From sequence record CM128349.1: DNA of 32,000 bases; one strand, written 5' to 3'. Both the position numbers and the translations under genes were made by a program. Within the stretch, counting starts at the first letter, position 1. Every line of letters begins with the position of its first letter. This document shows, piece after piece, positions 9,084 to 20,113 of the stretch. The notes under the pieces are model-generated. The model ran no database searches. It had not been told where the DNA came from and saw only the letters and a program-made list of their open reading frames with translations.

Positions 9084-10244
9084 TTAATTATTTTTTATAG
9101 TAGCAATATCGTTTAAAGTATTTTCACAGATACCGATTACAGGTACAATAATTAAGAACCAAGCAAAATAAAATGCTGTTGAGAATTGACCAATTTCTAA
9201 ATAAGGTGTTTCAGGGTGTTGAGAACCAATCCACATTAAAATAATAAAATCAACTACAAAGAACCAGAAAGCTAATTTCATAGCTGGTCTAAATTTATTT
9301 CCTCTTATTCTAGATAAATCTGTAATAGGTAATATTAATAAAATTAATAATGAACCAAACATTGCTACTACTCCTAATAATTTATTAGGAATAGATCTTA
9401 AGATAGCATAAAAAGGTAATAAATACCATTCTGGTACAATAGATGGAGGAGTAACCATTGGATCAGCTGGTATATAATTATCAGAATGACCTAATAAATT
9501 AGGATAGAAGAATACTAATACAGATAATACTAAAAAGAATGCAAATATTGTAACTAAATCTTTAAATATAAAGTAAGGATGCATTGCATATCTATCTCCA
9601 TTTGATGTTACTCCATTAGGATTATTAGAACCATGAACATGAAGTGCTATTAAATGAGCTACAGCTAATGCTGCTAATAAGAAAGGTAATAAATAATGTA
9701 GAGAAAAGAATCTATTTAATGTAGCATTACTTACACTAAATCCACCCCATATTAATTCTACAATATCTTGACCAAAGATAGGTATAGCTGATAATAAATT
9801 TGTAATTACTGTAGCACCCCATAATGACATTTGACCATAAGGTAATACATAACCTAAAAAGGCTATTGCCATCATAAGAATAAATATTATTACTCCAATT
9901 GACCAAACTAATACTCTAGGTTCTTTATATGAACTATAATATAACCCTCTACCTACATGCATATATACAAATATAAAGAAAAATGATGCTACATTAGCAT
10001 GAACATATCTTATTAACCATCCATTATTAACATCTCTCATAATATGTTCTACACTATTAAATGCAAAATCTACACTTGGTGTATAGTGCATTGCTAAAAA
10101 AGCTCCTGTTAGTATTTGTATTATTAAACAAACAGCTAATAATGACCCAAAATTCCATAAATATGAAATATTTGCTGGTTGTGGTGAATCTACTACATAA
10201 GAGTTTAATAATCTAAGTAATACGTGCGTTTTTAATATTCTCAT
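9084..10244 (-). CDS. cob: apocytochrome b
   Basis: Intact, intronless 386-aa ORF starting at ATG. Conserved stretches include [55 protein letters not shown] and [18 protein letters not shown]. Confidence 0.97.
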   Translation of the reverse strand: MRILKTHVLLRLLNSYVVDSPQPANISYLWNFGSLLAVCLIIQILTGAFLAMHYTPSVDFAFNSVEHIMRDVNNGWLIRYVHANVASFFFIFVYMHVGRGLYYSSYKEPRVLVWSIGVIIFILMMAIAFLGYVLPYGQMSLWGATVITNLLSAIPIFGQDIVELIWGGFSVSNATLNRFFSLHYLLPFLLAALAVAHLIALHVHGSNNPNGVTSNGDRYAMHPYFIFKDLVTIFAFFLVLSVLVFFYPNLLGHSDNYIPADPMVTPPSIVPEWYLLPFYAILRSIPNKLLGVVAMFGSLLILLILPITDLSRIRGNKFRPAMKLAFWFFVVDFIILMWIGSQHPETPYLEIGQFSTAFYFAWFLIIVPVIGICENTLNDIATIKNN

Positions 10245-10644
10245 TTGTAAGATTTTTTGTTTATATTTTTCTTTTTTAATTTTGTCTAATTAATTAATTT
10301 TATTTTTGTTTTATATTTTTATTAGAATTTTAATTAAATTCTTTTTATTTATAAAATTAAATTAATAGTTTTACTTAGAGAAAATTTAAATTAGAAAAAG
10401 CTTTAAATTAATTTAAAGACTTTGATAAAATACCAAATTATTAATAAATTTATTGTTTAATTGCTCTATTATATATATTCTGTTTGTTCTGTTTTGTATA
10501 ATTAAATCACTAAACTTATAATTTATTTAGGTTTGGATATAACTACATTATAGCTTAAAGCTTATAGCTTGTTTACCAAGAGTAACTAAATATAGTTATT
10601 TTTCAATTATATATTTTTAAAATATGATTGAAAAAGTAAAAATG

Positions 10645-10670
10645 TAGTTAGCTTGCTATGCTAGCAAGTA
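10645..10670. repeat. hairpin-family element (CTTGCTA-TGC-TAGCAAG)
   Basis: The sequence is tagttagcttgctatgctagcaagta, with a 7-bp perfect stem. Confidence 0.7.
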
Positions 10671-11040
10671 AAACAATTCTAATCACTATATATAAATACC
10701 CTACAGAGACAGAATTTAAAGCTTATTAAACAAAATTTTGTTTTTATTAGCTGAATAATAAATTATATTTTTTTTTTTAATTAATATATAAAAATACTAA
10801 TTTTTTTAACACTATAACAATAAATTTTAAATGGATTTTTAAATATAAAATTTATATAATAAATTTACTTTTGTTGGTTAACTTGTGCAACGCTGCAGCA
10901 TTGTAAAACTGTAGCGTATAATAGATTCGCGCATAGCGAGCAGTTTTCTGCTAATTTAAATTAATCAAATTTTTTTAGTTTAATTTTTGTTTTTTTTTTG
11001 TTTTCATATAACATTTACCGTTATGCAAATTTATAATAAT

Positions 11041-11111
11041 TAAGCCCAAGAAGATTTGAACTTCTACATATTCCTCATCAAGAAATCATTCTACCCTTAA
11101 ATTATAGGCTT
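11041..11111 (-). tRNA. trnI: tRNA-Ile (anticodon GAU)
   Basis: Reverse complement: acceptor AAGCCTA/TGGGCTT. Anticodon arm is ATTTC-TTGATGA-GGAAT. T arm is AGAAG-TTCAAAT-CTTCT. Confidence 0.88.
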
Positions 11112-11420
11112 AATTTTAATAATGTTTTTAAATCAACTACTTTTATTAGTTTACTTAAAAATTTTCAAAATAAAATTTTAATATTGTAATTGCTTTCAAA
11201 TAAAAAACATTAATTGGGTGTATTAACTTATATCACTTATTACTCCAGTATAAAATAACCAATTATTTATTTAATATATTTCTAAAATTTAACCAGACTA
11301 AATTAAATATTTTTTACTAGAACTAGAAACTATAACTATTTTAATCTTTATATTAATTAATGTTTATATGTTTAATAAATATAAATAAAATAATTATTAT
11401 CAATAGTTAGCTTTTTCTGC

Positions 11421-11440
11421 TTGCTATGCTAGCATAGCAA
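11421..11440. repeat. hairpin-family element, perfect 20-nt palindrome TTGCTATGCTAGCATAGCAA
   Basis: The sequence is self-complementary over all 20 nt and is centred on GCTAGC. Confidence 0.8.
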
Positions 11441-11510
11441 GTAGAACTATAAATAATATATTATTTTTAATTAGTATATTATTAATAATTATAAATACAA
11501 TTATTTTTAT

Positions 11511-11527
11511 ATAGGGGGGTTTATAAA
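11511..11527 (-). promoter_or_regulatory. C-rich 3'-end motif downstream of nad1 (sense: TTTATAAACCCCCCTAT)
   Basis: The G6 run at 11514-11519 lies 15 nt past the nad1 stop. Confidence 0.65.
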
Positions 11528-11533
11528 TTTTAA

Positions 11534-12550
11534 TTAATAAGGAGAAATATCAAAACAAATTAATATACTAGGAACTAATATAATAAATGCTACACAAACA
11601 GGTAATAAATTTAACCAACATAAATCAATTAATTGATCATATCTAAGTCTAGGTAATGTAGCTCTAAACCATACGAAGAAGAAACAGAAAATACAAGTTT
11701 TTAAACCTAAAATTATAGATTGAATATTTATTAAAGAATCATTTATAAAGAATTCTGGTAAATTATAACCTCCAAGGAAAAATATAGCTGTTATACAACT
11801 AAATAAAACTATTGAAGAATATTCACCAAGGAAGAAAAATACAAATGGAACTGAAGAATGTTCTGTAAAGAAACCTGCAACTAATTCAGATTCAGCTTCT
11901 TGTAAATCAAAAGGTGTTCTAGAAGTTTCAGCTAATATAGCAATAAAATAAAAAATAAATACAGGTAATAAAGGTACAATAAACCAAATTGCTTGTTGAT
12001 TTTCTATTATTGTTGTGAAATTTAAAGATCCTGTTAATAATATTATTATAAGAATTGCAGAACTTAAAATTAATTCATAAGAGATCATTGCTGCACTAGA
12101 TCTTAATGAACCTAAAAAAGCATATTTTGAATTTGCAGACCAACCTGCTAATAATACTCCATATACACCTAAAGATGATAGAGCTAAAGTATATAATATC
12201 CCTAAAGAGATATCTGATATACTTAATCCTTGTCCAAAAGGTATAATTGCCCATCCTAATAAACTAAATACTAAAGTTGATACTGGTGCTAAATAAAATA
12301 ATATTTTATTAGATTGAGAAGGTATTACTGTCTCTTTAAGTATTAATTTTAAAGCATCTGCAAAAGGTTGTAATACTCCATAATATCCTACTATATTAGG
12401 ACCTACTCTTCTTTGATGTGCTGCTAATTGTTTTCTTTCTATTATTGTCATAAAAGCTACAGCTAATAATACAGGTAATACAACGCATAAAACATCAATT
12501 AAGTTAAGCAATACACTTATTATTGTTAACTGTAAATTATTACTTACCAT
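11534..12550 (-). CDS. nad1: NADH dehydrogenase subunit 1
   Basis: Intact 338-aa ORF starting at ATG. Conserved stretches include [56 protein letters not shown]-like and [16 protein letters not shown]. Confidence 0.97.
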   Translation of the reverse strand: [338 protein letters not shown]

Positions 12551-13400
12551 TTTTATTTATATTTGTTGTTTTCATTAGATTTTATATATTTTATTAATAT
12601 TACTTATATTTTTATAATACCAGTTTATCTAGTTTTATTCTATAAATTAATAACTAAATAAACAAACAAAATAGTATTAGTAGAGCAAGAATTTATTTTT
12701 ATTTTAATAATAATAATTTATATATAAATATTAATGATTTATTTGTGAATATATATTTATAAGGATTTATCTTTATTTATAAAATTTTATTTTATTTAAT
12801 TTATTAAATAAAGTTTAAAGAATCACTAAATAAATACTAATAAATCAATAAACACAAAATCAAGATAAAATATCAAGTTTTATTTTTAATTTTTTTATTT
12901 TTAATTAAACATTTGTTTTAATTTATTAATTATTAAAGTAAAGCCTTGCAGAATAAAATATATTATGCTAGGATGTACTAATAATAAAATATTTTAATTT
13001 AAAGAGAAAAATTTTAGTAAACTAGGCATAACCTGGGGTTACCAGGTATATTTAGAGCCTTAATTTTATTTTTATTGGTTAGTTTAACCATATTTAAATT
13101 TTTTCTTCTTTTTAACACTATAACAATAATAGTTCTACAATCACTTTGATTACGAAACTTTATATTTTTTTAATACTAATAATATTAATTAACAAACAAA
13201 TTTTTTTAATATATCGCCTAGGAGAACCTTAATTTATTTATTTAAAATTTTGTTTAATAATAGTTTCTTTTAGAACTATATAAATTAAATATATATCTAA
13301 TAGATACTGAATATTTGTATAGTGATAATAGTAGACTCTAATGTATTTTTTTTTGCTAGTGGATTATTTAATTTTGAATTTAGGCAAATTTAACAAAGAT

Positions 13401-13430
13401 TCTTGCTAGCTTGCTTTATTAGCAAATTAG
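13401..13430. repeat. hairpin-family element (tcttgctagcttgctttattagcaaattag)
   Basis: It has a GCTAGC core plus TTGCT..AGCAA arms. Confidence 0.6.
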
Positions 13431-13513
13431 TGGTTGTTTTTTACTTTACATTTACAATGTAGCAAAAAAAATACATTAACTAAATGATCTAATGTTAAAT
13501 TTTAATTTTTAAT

Positions 13514-13585
13514 CAAGAGTGAGGCGACTTGAACACCTACGAGTGATTTTGGAGATCACCATACTGCCAATTATATTACACTCTT
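13514..13585 (-). tRNA. trnW: tRNA-Trp (anticodon CCA)
   Basis: Reverse complement: acceptor AAGAGTG/CACTCTT. Anticodon arm is GTGAT-CTCCAAA-ATCAC (perfect). T arm is AGGTG-TTCAAGT-CGCCT. Confidence 0.9.
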
Positions 13586-13752
13586 TTTAATCTATAAATC
13601 TAAATAATTAAATATTAAATAAATAAATAAAATTTTTAATTTTAAAGGTATTTTAATATTACTACTTTTATAAGAAATAATAGAATAAATATTAATCACT
13701 TAATTTAAAAAAGTAAATTAGTTTTTTAATATCTCAACTATAAATATAAATT

Positions 13753-13767
13753 GATGGGGGTTTATTT
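13753..13767 (-). promoter_or_regulatory. C-rich 3'-end motif downstream of atp6 (sense: AAATAAACCCCCATC)
   Basis: The G5 run at 13756-13760 lies about 77 nt past the atp6 stop. A weaker G4 copy (aaaggggatt, 13824-13833) lies 7 nt past the stop. Confidence 0.6.
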
Positions 13768-13836
13768 TTACAATTAAAAGACTTTTATTATTATTATTTT
13801 TCATCATATATTTTATATTAATTAAAGGGGATTACA

Positions 13837-14604
13837 TTAATGTAATTCAATAGCATCTCTTAAATAAGAACATACTAATAATGTAAATACAAAAGCTTGT
13901 ATTAAAGAAACAGCTAATTCTAAACCAATTAAAGCTAAGAAAATAGAGAAAGGGATTAAAGTTACTATAAATAAAATTAAACCACCAGAAAATAATTTAT
14001 ATAAATAAGTAGATAAAATTTTTAGTAATGTGTGACCAGCTACTATATTAGCAAATAATCGTACTCCTAATGAAACAGCTCTAGCAATATAAGAAATAAA
14101 TTCAATTAATACTAATAATGGAACTAAACTTAATGGTGTTCCAGCTGGAACAAAGAAAGAAAAGAATTTAATACCATGAATTGAAAATGATAAAATAGTT
14201 ACTCCAATAAATATTGTTACACTTAAACCTAAACATACTACTCCACTTGATGTTACTGCAAATGAATATGGTACATTAGAGATTAAATTTCCAATTAAGA
14301 TAAAGAAAAATAAAGAATAAATAAAAGGTAAATATATTTCACTTTGAGCTCCTACTTGTTCTCTAACCATTGAATTAAAACTAGCAAATGATGATTCTAA
14401 AGAAATAGACCATTTACTTGGTATTAAATTATAATTATTATTACCAAAATAGTGTAAACCTACTACAACTAATAAAATAAAGAAAGCATATAAAGATAAA
14501 TTAGTTAAACTAACATTTAAGTAACCTAATACTGGTGCATTTAATCCTATTAAATTTGATACTTCAAATTGACTTAAAGGAGATAAAATAAATAAATTTG
14601 GCAT
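13837..14604 (-). CDS. atp6: ATP synthase F0 subunit a
   Basis: Intact 255-aa ORF starting at ATG. Conserved stretches include SPLSQFEV, FFVPAGTPLSLVPLLVLIEFISYIARAVSLGVRLFANIVAGHTLL and the C-terminal LVCSYLRDAIELH. Confidence 0.95.
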   Translation of the reverse strand: MPNLFILSPLSQFEVSNLIGLNAPVLGYLNVSLTNLSLYAFFILLVVVGLHYFGNNNYNLIPSKWSISLESSFASFNSMVREQVGAQSEIYLPFIYSLFFFILIGNLISNVPYSFAVTSSGVVCLGLSVTIFIGVTILSFSIHGIKFFSFFVPAGTPLSLVPLLVLIEFISYIARAVSLGVRLFANIVAGHTLLKILSTYLYKLFSGGLILFIVTLIPFSIFLALIGLELAVSLIQAFVFTLLVCSYLRDAIELH

Positions 14605-14772
14605 TTTAGGACAAATTTTTATGACTGTATATTTTTTGTTTGTTTATATAATATTAATATTTTTAAAGTTTATTAAATATTTTATTATTCTTCTTATATT
14701 TTTATTAGCGAAGCAAGTATAATACAAAACTTTTTTTATTTAATATATATTTTATAAAAATATTTTTATTAA

Positions 14773-14845
14773 AACATCTTATTGGGATCGAACCAATAAT
14801 CTACTGCTTCGAAGGCAAACGCTTTACCAATTTAGCTAAAGATGT
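14773..14845 (-). tRNA. trnR: tRNA-Arg (anticodon UCG)
   Basis: Reverse complement: acceptor ACATCTT/AAGATGT (perfect). Anticodon loop is CTTCGAA. T arm is ATTGG-TTCGATC-CCAAT. The anticodon stem has one mismatch. Confidence 0.8.
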
Positions 14846-14966
14846 ATTAGAGAAAATTTATTAATTTAATATTAATTTAAATAAATTATATTTTTTTAAT
14901 ACTTGTTCCCCCTAATAATATAAATATGTAGATTAAATTTAAATAAGGTCTTTAGTATTTACTAAA

Positions 14967-15041
14967 AATAATAGTAATAAAAATAATAATAATAATAGTA
15001 CAATTAATAATAATAATAATATAAATAAGAATAATAATAAT
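14967..15041. repeat. (AAT)n-rich microsatellite tract
   Basis: Read directly: aataatagtaataaaaataataataataatagtacaattaataataataataatataaataagaataataataa. Confidence 0.7.
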
Positions 15042-15095
15042 TTATTTTTATAGTTACTTACTAATTAAGTAAATAAATAAGTAAGTTAATTAGTT

Positions 15096-15111
15096 AAATG
15101 GGGGTTAATTT
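15096..15111 (-). promoter_or_regulatory. C-rich 3'-end motif downstream of cox3 (sense: AAATTAACCCCCATTT)
   Basis: The G5 run at 15100-15104 lies about 70 nt past the cox3 stop. Confidence 0.65.
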
Positions 15112-15173
15112 AAAATTTAAAAATTATATTATTTTTCAATTATTATAATTTATTTATTATAATAATTTATTTT

Positions 15174-15995
15174 CTAGTTGCAACCCCAGAAGTATACACA
15201 TAAGAATAAGAATAACCATACTACATCAACAAAATGCCAGTATAATAATCCAGATTCGAATCCTACATGGTGATGAATTGTGAATTGATATTTAATTAAT
15301 CTTACAAAAGAGATAAGAATAAATATTGTACCCACAATAACATGTAATCCATGAAGTCCTGTACTTGCAAAGAATGCTGATCCAAATACTCCATCTGATA
15401 TTGTAAAGCTAGCATTACTATATTCAAAAGCTTGTAATAAAGTGAATACTACTGCTAAAATTAATGTCCATATTAAACCATCAATAGCATCTTTTCTAGT
15501 TCCATTTAATATTGCATGGTGACCATATGTAATAAATGCTCCACTACTTAATAATAAGAAAGTATTTAATAATGGTATTGCAAATGGATCTAAAGGTGTT
15601 ATTCCTAATGGTGGCCAAGATCCTCCTATTTCAATTGAAGGACTTAAACTTGAATGGAAGTATGCCCAGAATACAGATAAGAATACAAATACTTCACTAA
15701 CAATGAATAAGATAATTCCTATACTGATTCCTTTTTGAACTTGTCTAGTATGGTGTCCTTGATATGATGCTTCAACAATTACATCTTTAAACCACAGAGC
15801 CATACCATATGTTGTTAAAATAAATCCTAGACTAACAGCAAACCCACCATATGGGAATCCGTGCATATATAATACTGCACCTATTGTTAAACTTAATAAT
15901 GAAAAACTTAATAGTAAAGGCCAAGGAGATTGTTCAACTAAATGAAATGGGAAATATTGATATTGACTTATAAGTTTATTATTTAATTTTGTCAT
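15174..15995 (-). CDS. cox3: cytochrome c oxidase subunit 3
   Basis: Intact 273-aa ORF starting at ATG. Conserved stretches include FPFHLVEQSPWPL, QGHHTRQVQKG, FFASTGLHGLHVIVGT and YWHFVDVVWLFLF. Confidence 0.97.
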   Translation of the reverse strand: MTKLNNKLISQYQYFPFHLVEQSPWPLLLSFSLLSLTIGAVLYMHGFPYGGFAVSLGFILTTYGMALWFKDVIVEASYQGHHTRQVQKGISIGIILFIVSEVFVFLSVFWAYFHSSLSPSIEIGGSWPPLGITPLDPFAIPLLNTFLLLSSGAFITYGHHAILNGTRKDAIDGLIWTLILAVVFTLLQAFEYSNASFTISDGVFGSAFFASTGLHGLHVIVGTIFILISFVRLIKYQFTIHHHVGFESGLLYWHFVDVVWLFLFLCVYFWGCN

Positions 15996-16230
15996 TTTTA
16001 TATTTTTAATATTTTTTTTTATAACAAAGCTATAAAAAAGTATTGTTTACCTTATTTGTTTATCGTTCATTAGGACAGCACTAAATATTTGTAAGTAAAT
16101 TTTTCTTTTTTAAATTTTGTTTGTCACCTTAAGTAAATTAAAGTCATCGAAACTATTAACAAATAAATTATTTACATTTAATATAAAATTAAATGTTTAT
16201 TTTTACTAGAATCAAAACTTAAATTATTCT

Positions 16231-16303
16231 AGGCCTTAAGAGGGTTTGAACCTCTGTAAAAAGTATTAACAGTACCTCGCTTAAACCACTCAGCCATAAG
16301 ACC
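16231..16303 (-). tRNA. trnN: tRNA-Asn (anticodon GUU)
   Basis: Reverse complement: acceptor GGTCTTA/TAAGGCC. Anticodon arm is AGGTA-CTGTTAA-TACTT. T arm is AGAGG-TTCAAAC-CCTCT. Confidence 0.85.
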
Positions 16304-16351
16304 TTAAATTATTTGTAATAATTTATAATTATAATTATTTTTATTAATATC

Positions 16352-16422
16352 TACGAGTAATCAGATTCGAACTGATGATATCTACTTGGAAGGTAGAGGC
16401 TATACCACTTAACTATACTCGC
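16352..16422 (-). tRNA. trnG: tRNA-Gly (anticodon UCC)
   Basis: Reverse complement: acceptor GCGAGTA/TACTCGT. Anticodon arm is TCTAC-CTTCCAA-GTAGA. T arm is ATCAG-TTCGAAT-CTGAT. Confidence 0.9.
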
Positions 16423-16648
16423 TTATTAAATTACAGAAAACATAAAATTATAACTCTTTATAGTATTTTATAATTATAATTATTTATAGTAGGCTACCAG
16501 AATAAAACAGAGCCAGGTATTTACTTTGTGTTTACAAAAATAATATACAAATATTTAGATTTCTATAAATCAAAAACTACAACTTTATTAAATTATATTT
16601 ATATTTTTATATAATTTAATTTATTATTTTTATTATTATTTTTATATA

Positions 16649-16721
16649 CGAGCCCTTCCAGATTCGAACTGGGACAATTCTAATCGACAACTAGATACTC
16701 TACCAATTAAGCTAAGGGCCC
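16649..16721 (-). tRNA. trnD: tRNA-Asp (anticodon GUC)
   Basis: Reverse complement: acceptor GGGCCCT/AGGGCTC. Anticodon arm is TCTAG-TTGTCGA-TTAGA. T arm is CCAG-TTCGAAT-CTGG. Confidence 0.87.
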
Positions 16722-16956
16722 TTATTTATGTTTATTTATCTTTCATAATAATAATAATAATATCTCTTTTATAATTATAATAACTTATTTTAAAAATAAT
16801 TCGAGTTAAGTTTATAGAAGATAAACATAATTAATATTTATAAAATTTAATTTAATAATTATAATTATAAAATACTTACTACTTTTATATTTTTCTATAG
16901 TAAATTTGTTAAAAATAAAAATGTATATATTTAAATTTAGAAACTTAATATTAATT

Positions 16957-16972
16957 AGATGGGGGATTAAAT
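16957..16972 (-). promoter_or_regulatory. C-rich 3'-end motif downstream of cox1 (sense: ATTTAATCCCCCATCT)
   Basis: The G5 run at 16961-16965 lies about 43 nt past the cox1 stop. Confidence 0.65.
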
Positions 16973-17007
16973 TTTTAATATAACTTTAAATTTAAAATAT
17001 TTTAAAT

Positions 17008-18610
<1,603 letters not shown>

Positions 18611-19092
18611 TCAATATTATCTAATTTATATAATTATATTTTATATTTATTATTTATTTTTGTTAACTAAATTAATTTAATTTAATTAAATTGTTTAATT
18701 TATATTTAATCATTTATAAATTATAGAAAATAAAACAATAAATACATTTATATATTACATAATTTAAATTATTTATATAATATTATAAATAGTTTAAATT
18801 ATTTTTATAATTATAAGTTTATCTCCACTTACTAAGTAATTCCTATTTTATATTTAATAAAAGTATTATAAAAAAACATTAACTGAATATACAATAGCAC
18901 ATAAGCATAATAGCATATATAACATAGCAGCACATAAGCATAACAACATAGCCAACTAATTATTTTTATTTTACTTTTAATAAAACAAAAAAAAAAGTAT
19001 TTTTTTAAATTTTATATATTATTCTTATTATTTTATTGTTTTTATATAACAAATATAATATATTTATATAATATACTTAATTGTTATGTTTA

Positions 19093-19174
19093 CGGAATAA
19101 AGGCGAATCGAACGCCTAAGGGTATTAACCCAGACGATTAGCAATCGTTTTATCTTACCAATGAAAATTATTCC
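19093..19174 (-). tRNA. trnS: tRNA-Ser (anticodon GCU), long variable arm
   Basis: Reverse complement: acceptor GGAATAA/TTATTCC (perfect). Anticodon loop is TTGCTAA. The variable arm is TGGGTTAATACCCT. T arm is AGGCG-TTCGATT-CGCCT. Confidence 0.87.
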
Positions 19175-19220
19175 TTAATAAATAATTATTGTTTAAGTTA
19201 TTAATATTTAATTAAATATT

Positions 19221-19234
19221 ACTTGCTAGCAAGT
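19221..19234. repeat. hairpin-family element, perfect 14-nt palindrome ACTTGCTAGCAAGT
   Basis: The sequence is self-complementary over 14 nt and is centred on GCTAGC. Confidence 0.8.
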
Positions 19235-19580
19235 TAGCCGAAAAATAATCTGCTAATATATGCAACGCTATAGTGACTCTAATGGCTCCACTGGTACTGC
19301 TAACATGTAAATTAACATAAATTTTAAATTAAATTTGTAATGGTTTTAATTTTTAGGTTTGGCTTTGATAAAGTTAATATAATTAACAGTGATTAATTAG
19401 AACCATAACCAGAATTTAAAAAAACTATACAATAAAAATCAGTGGAATGTTGAGTTTATGGAATCAACGAAGCCGGGCCCAGTTATTACTAATATAAATT
19501 TAATTAATATATTTTTAAATTTACCATTAAAAATAGGTTAAAATTATCTTTTTAATTACATATTTATATTTGTAAATATA

Positions 19581-19652
19581 TGATCCTTATCAGATTTGAA
19601 CTGATCCTGGTTTCTTGAAGGGAAACTGTACGAACCACTATACTAAAGGACC
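19581..19652 (-). tRNA. trnE: tRNA-Glu (anticodon UUC)
   Basis: Reverse complement: acceptor GGTCCTT/AAGGATC. Anticodon arm is GTTTC-CCTTCAA-GAAAC. T arm is ATCAG-TTCAAAT-CTGAT. Confidence 0.9.
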
Positions 19653-19927
19653 ATTGAAAAAAAAAAAATATTACTTCTCTAATACTTTCTTGCTAGCTAT
19701 TGTTTTTATAAAATAATATTTATCTACTTTTATTATTAAAACATATAACATTTAAAAATATTACATATTTATTGATTTGTGTTTTGTGTTTCTAGTTTAG
19801 TTAAACCAAATAATAATTCTATTACAAATATGTACATAGCTTATTAAAATTATACAAATAATATTTTAGTCTTTATAAAACAATAATATATTATAAAAAC
19901 AAGACAATAAAATTTATATAATAATTA

Positions 19928-19999
19928 TAGCGAAATCAGGAATCGAACCTAAACTAACAGATCATGAGTCTATTGTGCTAACCATTACACTATCTCGCT
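19928..19999 (-). tRNA. trnM: tRNA with CAU anticodon (Met; initiator, elongator or lysidine-Ile not distinguishable)
   Basis: Reverse complement: acceptor AGCGAGA/TTTCGCT and D stem GTGT/GCAC. Anticodon arm is ATAGA-CTCATGA-TCTGT. T arm is TTAGG-TTCGATT-CCTGA. Confidence 0.85.
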
Positions 20000-20113
20000 T
20001 TATTTTTAAATAAACCAAATTTATTTATATTGCTTTGATGGCTTGAACTAAGTTAGGTAAAACAAGACCCATAACTGTTATCATAGCCCTAGACAATGTA
20101 TAAACTTTATTTT

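Noticed and set aside
20031-20100. GC-richer block with a GGCTTGAAC T-arm-like string between trnM and trnY, considered as a possible tRNA
   Set aside because: I could not build an acceptor, D or anticodon stem on either strand. It shares the GCTTTGAT word with hairpin-family spacers (2227, 6721, 19371) and is more likely another repeat fragment.
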